Of a stretch of 64,000 nt of DNA, positions 60,827 to 64,000 are shown piece after piece. The notes below the pieces were generated by a model. It saw only the letters and a program-made list of their open reading frames with translations, was not told the DNA's origin and ran no database searches. Position numbers and translations under genes: made by a program. The stretch's first letter is position 1. Each line of letters starts with the position of its first letter. The stretch is from Vicugna vicugna (lineage: Eukaryota), in the NCBI GenBank assembly GCA_013265495.1, contig MU058781.1:11825009-11889008 (forward strand), given 5' to 3'.

Positions 60827-63484
60827 ACTATTATTAGCTTCTATTAAGAGTAAAAAACTAATCACATTCCATTCTGATACCCTCAAGCTCCTTGCACGGT
60901 AGCTGGTGGGCACTCAGTAAATGTTACTTACATGAATGAATGAACCAAAACAATCAGTGAACACAGAGCACCAATTTTAGTGTTTGTCAGGTTACACCCT
61001 GCTGTGTTCTAGAAAAGGATTTATATCAATCACTGTTTTATAGATATGCCCTTATAGGGACAGTGTATAGATGTAAACTTTATTATCTGGATCTTCTTAA
61101 AAGTAAATATTTTTTAATAAATAAACTTCCATAAAATATCATGTTTAAATAGACTGTATGCTTGCTCTAATAAGTGAAGTGCTTCCTTGTCAAGGCAGTC
61201 ATTGTGTTGGATTATGATGTCATAAAGTTAAAAGAGACAAATGCTTATCATTATTTGTGCCTTAAAAAATGTAGAGATATCCAAATACATTTCTCTACTT
61301 CTTTATTTTGCATCTCCATCTCTGAGTTAACGAATGTCTTGCTGGGAGTCAACCATATATCCGCTCAAAGTGTAAATGTTGCTGGTTCGGTGTCCTGTAC
61401 TTGCTCCAATATATTTGTACTTGGTCTCATTTCTCCAGAACTATTTAAAACCCAAATACCATTTGCGAGCGAAGGGACTTAATTTCTTTATTTTTTTTCT
61501 GTTTCTATTTCTTTGCTTATACTATAGTAATTGGGCACATTTCTTCTGACCTTGATGGTCTTACCTCTATTTTAAGGAAGCTGGAAGGAAACTGAGATCT
61601 GGACCCACTCTGAAACACTGAATGTCAAGTCAATTGTCTCATCACACAATGGTATAACCAGCCAACATCCTCTGGAAGATTCCACGTCCATAATGGCATT
61701 ATTGACATTTGAACTGCACAGAGTTCTCTGAAAGGTGCTATAGAGAAGGCACAAGTGTGAGGGGTGATTGTGGTGGTGATGGGTCAGAGGCTCTTCGAGT
61801 GAACTGAATGAGGCCAGCCGTGAATGAGGACAACAGTGGTGCCTTTGTTGCACAGTGAAATAAAATACTAGAAAATGTTCTTGGAACAAAGAACGTTGTT
61901 TGCTCAGAGTCTACATGATGTAGTGAAGAGTTTTTGCAAACTTTCATTTGGTGACTAATGTTTTGACTCAGTAAAGATAGTAAAAAAAGCATTTCTTTCA
62001 TCAGCAGGTCTTCGTGGGTAAAGAAGGGGTTTATAGTTATAAATACTCAGTAATGTTTAATGTGATAGGAGGGTTACTCCATTTGCTGTGACTGTACACT
62101 GCTGAGTTCTGTCCCCAGAGCTTTTGTCCCTTGGGAGACTCTATCATGTGGGGATCACTTGTCCAATCATAGTCCTCATTTTCCGTGCATATGACGAAAA
62201 TAGCATGCTGGCGTATTCTCTTGAGTTTTTAGTAGTTCTGCATTATTATATTAGTTCTACTGAGAAAGGGTGGTCCTTTTCCTATTTCTTGACTGCTTCT
62301 ATCAAGAGAGTGTATACTTTGGTAATAGTTTTGCCATTATGTCATTACCTATGAGCAGACATAAATCATCGCATCTTTAATTTTATAAGACTGGTTCAGA
62401 GACTCTTATTCTAATGAAGTCTTTGGATTTAGCACTTTTCCAATAAGTGGGCCATTGATTGGGTTTTAACAACTATTTTGATGAATGAGTTGTACTGTTA
62501 TGAAAGAATTTCACACTTAAATCTTACTTTTTGGGCTGTGCTATATTTTTGTCTTTGGAAAGTTACTTAAAATTAAAAGAATCAGCACATAAGTCTTATG
62601 TGCTGAAGGTTAAAGGGTGACCCCATTGTTTCAGAAGCTGTCTCTTCACCAGCATTACTCCTCTCTTAAAGGGTCCCTAAAGGGTGTGATAGTTTTGGTG
62701 GAGTTTGTGTATTCCGTGAATGAAAAGCAAACTGCAGACTTTTCTTTCTCTGATTTTCTTTTTCCTATCTGAGTGCCTGTTTGTTGCCCTACCAATAGAA
62801 AATAAAATAAGCCCACCACAACAAATTGATGGAATGAAAATGAAGATGTGGTCACACGTGTTATAAACAGGGGAGTACCGCCATCTCCCCCAGGCACACA
62901 CCCACAATCTCCTAAGCTTGGCCTGGGAGGGGAAAATGTCTTCCCATCTTTAGCTATTTGAACCCTCTTGGGAATTCATTTGAGTCTGAATTCTGGCTGC
63001 TTTAGGTGACTAGCTGGCTTCTAGCTAGCAGATGAAGGTGGAGTTTGGTTTTCCCCACCTCCATCTCCTTCCTCTTCTCCAGTGTGATTTATGGAGTTGC
63101 TAGCTGGAGTCTTCCCTGCCTGAAGGTTGTTCTCCTAATGTAACATAAGGACAAGAAGCCCTTTCCCTTTGATGCAACCCGCCTGATCCTTTTCTGGGCT
63201 TACTCTAATTCCCAGCATGGAGTCTGCCCAGTTTTTCACTATCCGGCCTGGTGCGGGGGGTTTCCAGGTCGTAGATACTTCAGGTGTTCTTCCTCTGACA
63301 GAAAAGCACCTCCCAGCAGTGTGGCCATAGGCACATCGGTGGTCTTTTGGGTTGTGGTACCCAGTACTCTTAGAGCCACCAAATGGACGTTTCTGTTCTC
63401 TGCAGAGTCTCTCTCTGGCTGGGAAGCAGGTGGCCGGATGCAAGGATGCTGGTGTAGGTGGATGGCAGTAATTAAGGGCATGAA

Positions 63485-63655
63485 GCAGCTTTGGAATTTG
63501 AGTTCCAGCCCTGCTGTGTGTGACCTCATGCATGTTACTTATCCTTGTTAAACCTCAGTAGCCCCTGCCAGTGGGGTTTGTATAAAGATTAATGAGCTAT
63601 GGCATAAGACACTCTTAGCACAGTCATTTACTGCCATGTGATCAGTAAATACTGG
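63485..63655 (+). mobile_element. MIR SINE
   Basis: tttgagttccagccctgctgtgtgtgacctc...ctcttagcacagt...cagtaaat. Confidence 0.6.
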
Positions 63656-64000
63656 AGGTGATGGTGATTTTATTAAGAAAGAATTGGCTGCAGTTGCCCC
63701 CTTCCCTCTTTCCAGGATTCTAGCATCACGGCCATTTAGACTGCATTGTTGTCCAGCTTAAGGAAACTGTCAACTTCATTATCTCTTTGGTTCCTTATTG
63801 CTTTCCCCTCCTTACAAATCCATTACTGAAATTTTAAAGATGTTTTCTTTAGCCTTTCCATAGTTAGACACCACTTTCTAAACAGAACTAAAAGGGAAAT
63901 TTGATTGAACCTCTGAATCTGACTCTCCCTAGTTAGCCCAGGTGGGCAGACCTTCCTTGGGAGGGTCATTTATTTTTCAAGCTATATAGTAAAGAAGCAT

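Larger units (their letters stand above)
16329..64000 (+). other. CARMIL1: CARMIL1 intron 2 (5' part; continues beyond the window)
   Basis: GTAAGT at 16329. The expected exon 3 peptide (VLTSCRAFL...) was not seen downstream. This intron is very long in human (recalled). Confidence 0.85.

Noticed and set aside
1..64000. CRISPR arrays, operons, prokaryotic or viral systems, rRNA
   Set aside because: Sequence is mammalian intronic/intergenic DNA; no regularly spaced repeat-spacer array or such genes seen.

Overview
Mammalian genomic DNA, most likely from a camelid (camel/alpaca/llama). The basis is about 10 copies of a SINE whose head is nearly identical to tRNA-Ala(AGC), as in the camelid Vic-1 family. 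The window holds the 5' end of CARMIL1 (LRRC16A) on the + strand: a CpG-island promoter (~10.3-12.0 kb), coding exon 1 (11390-11429), coding exon 2 (16231-16328) and the first ~48 kb of the very long intron 2. I did not find exon 3. The rest is ordinary repeat-rich mammalian DNA (L1, L2, MIR, MER5/MER20/MER103/MER8-type DNA transposons, MLT1 LTRs), and nearly all supplied ORFs are spurious. I see no new multi-gene system. The best leads are small: a start-stop uORF and a G-quadruplex in the CARMIL1 leader; a SINE-L1 composite inside one target-site duplication (TSD); an intronic CpG/BANP/STAT cluster next to two recursive-splice-like AG|GT sites; a solo poly(A) insertion; and a perfect 25-bp palindrome. 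Repeat subfamily names come from recalled consensus sequences, and repeat boundaries are approximate.
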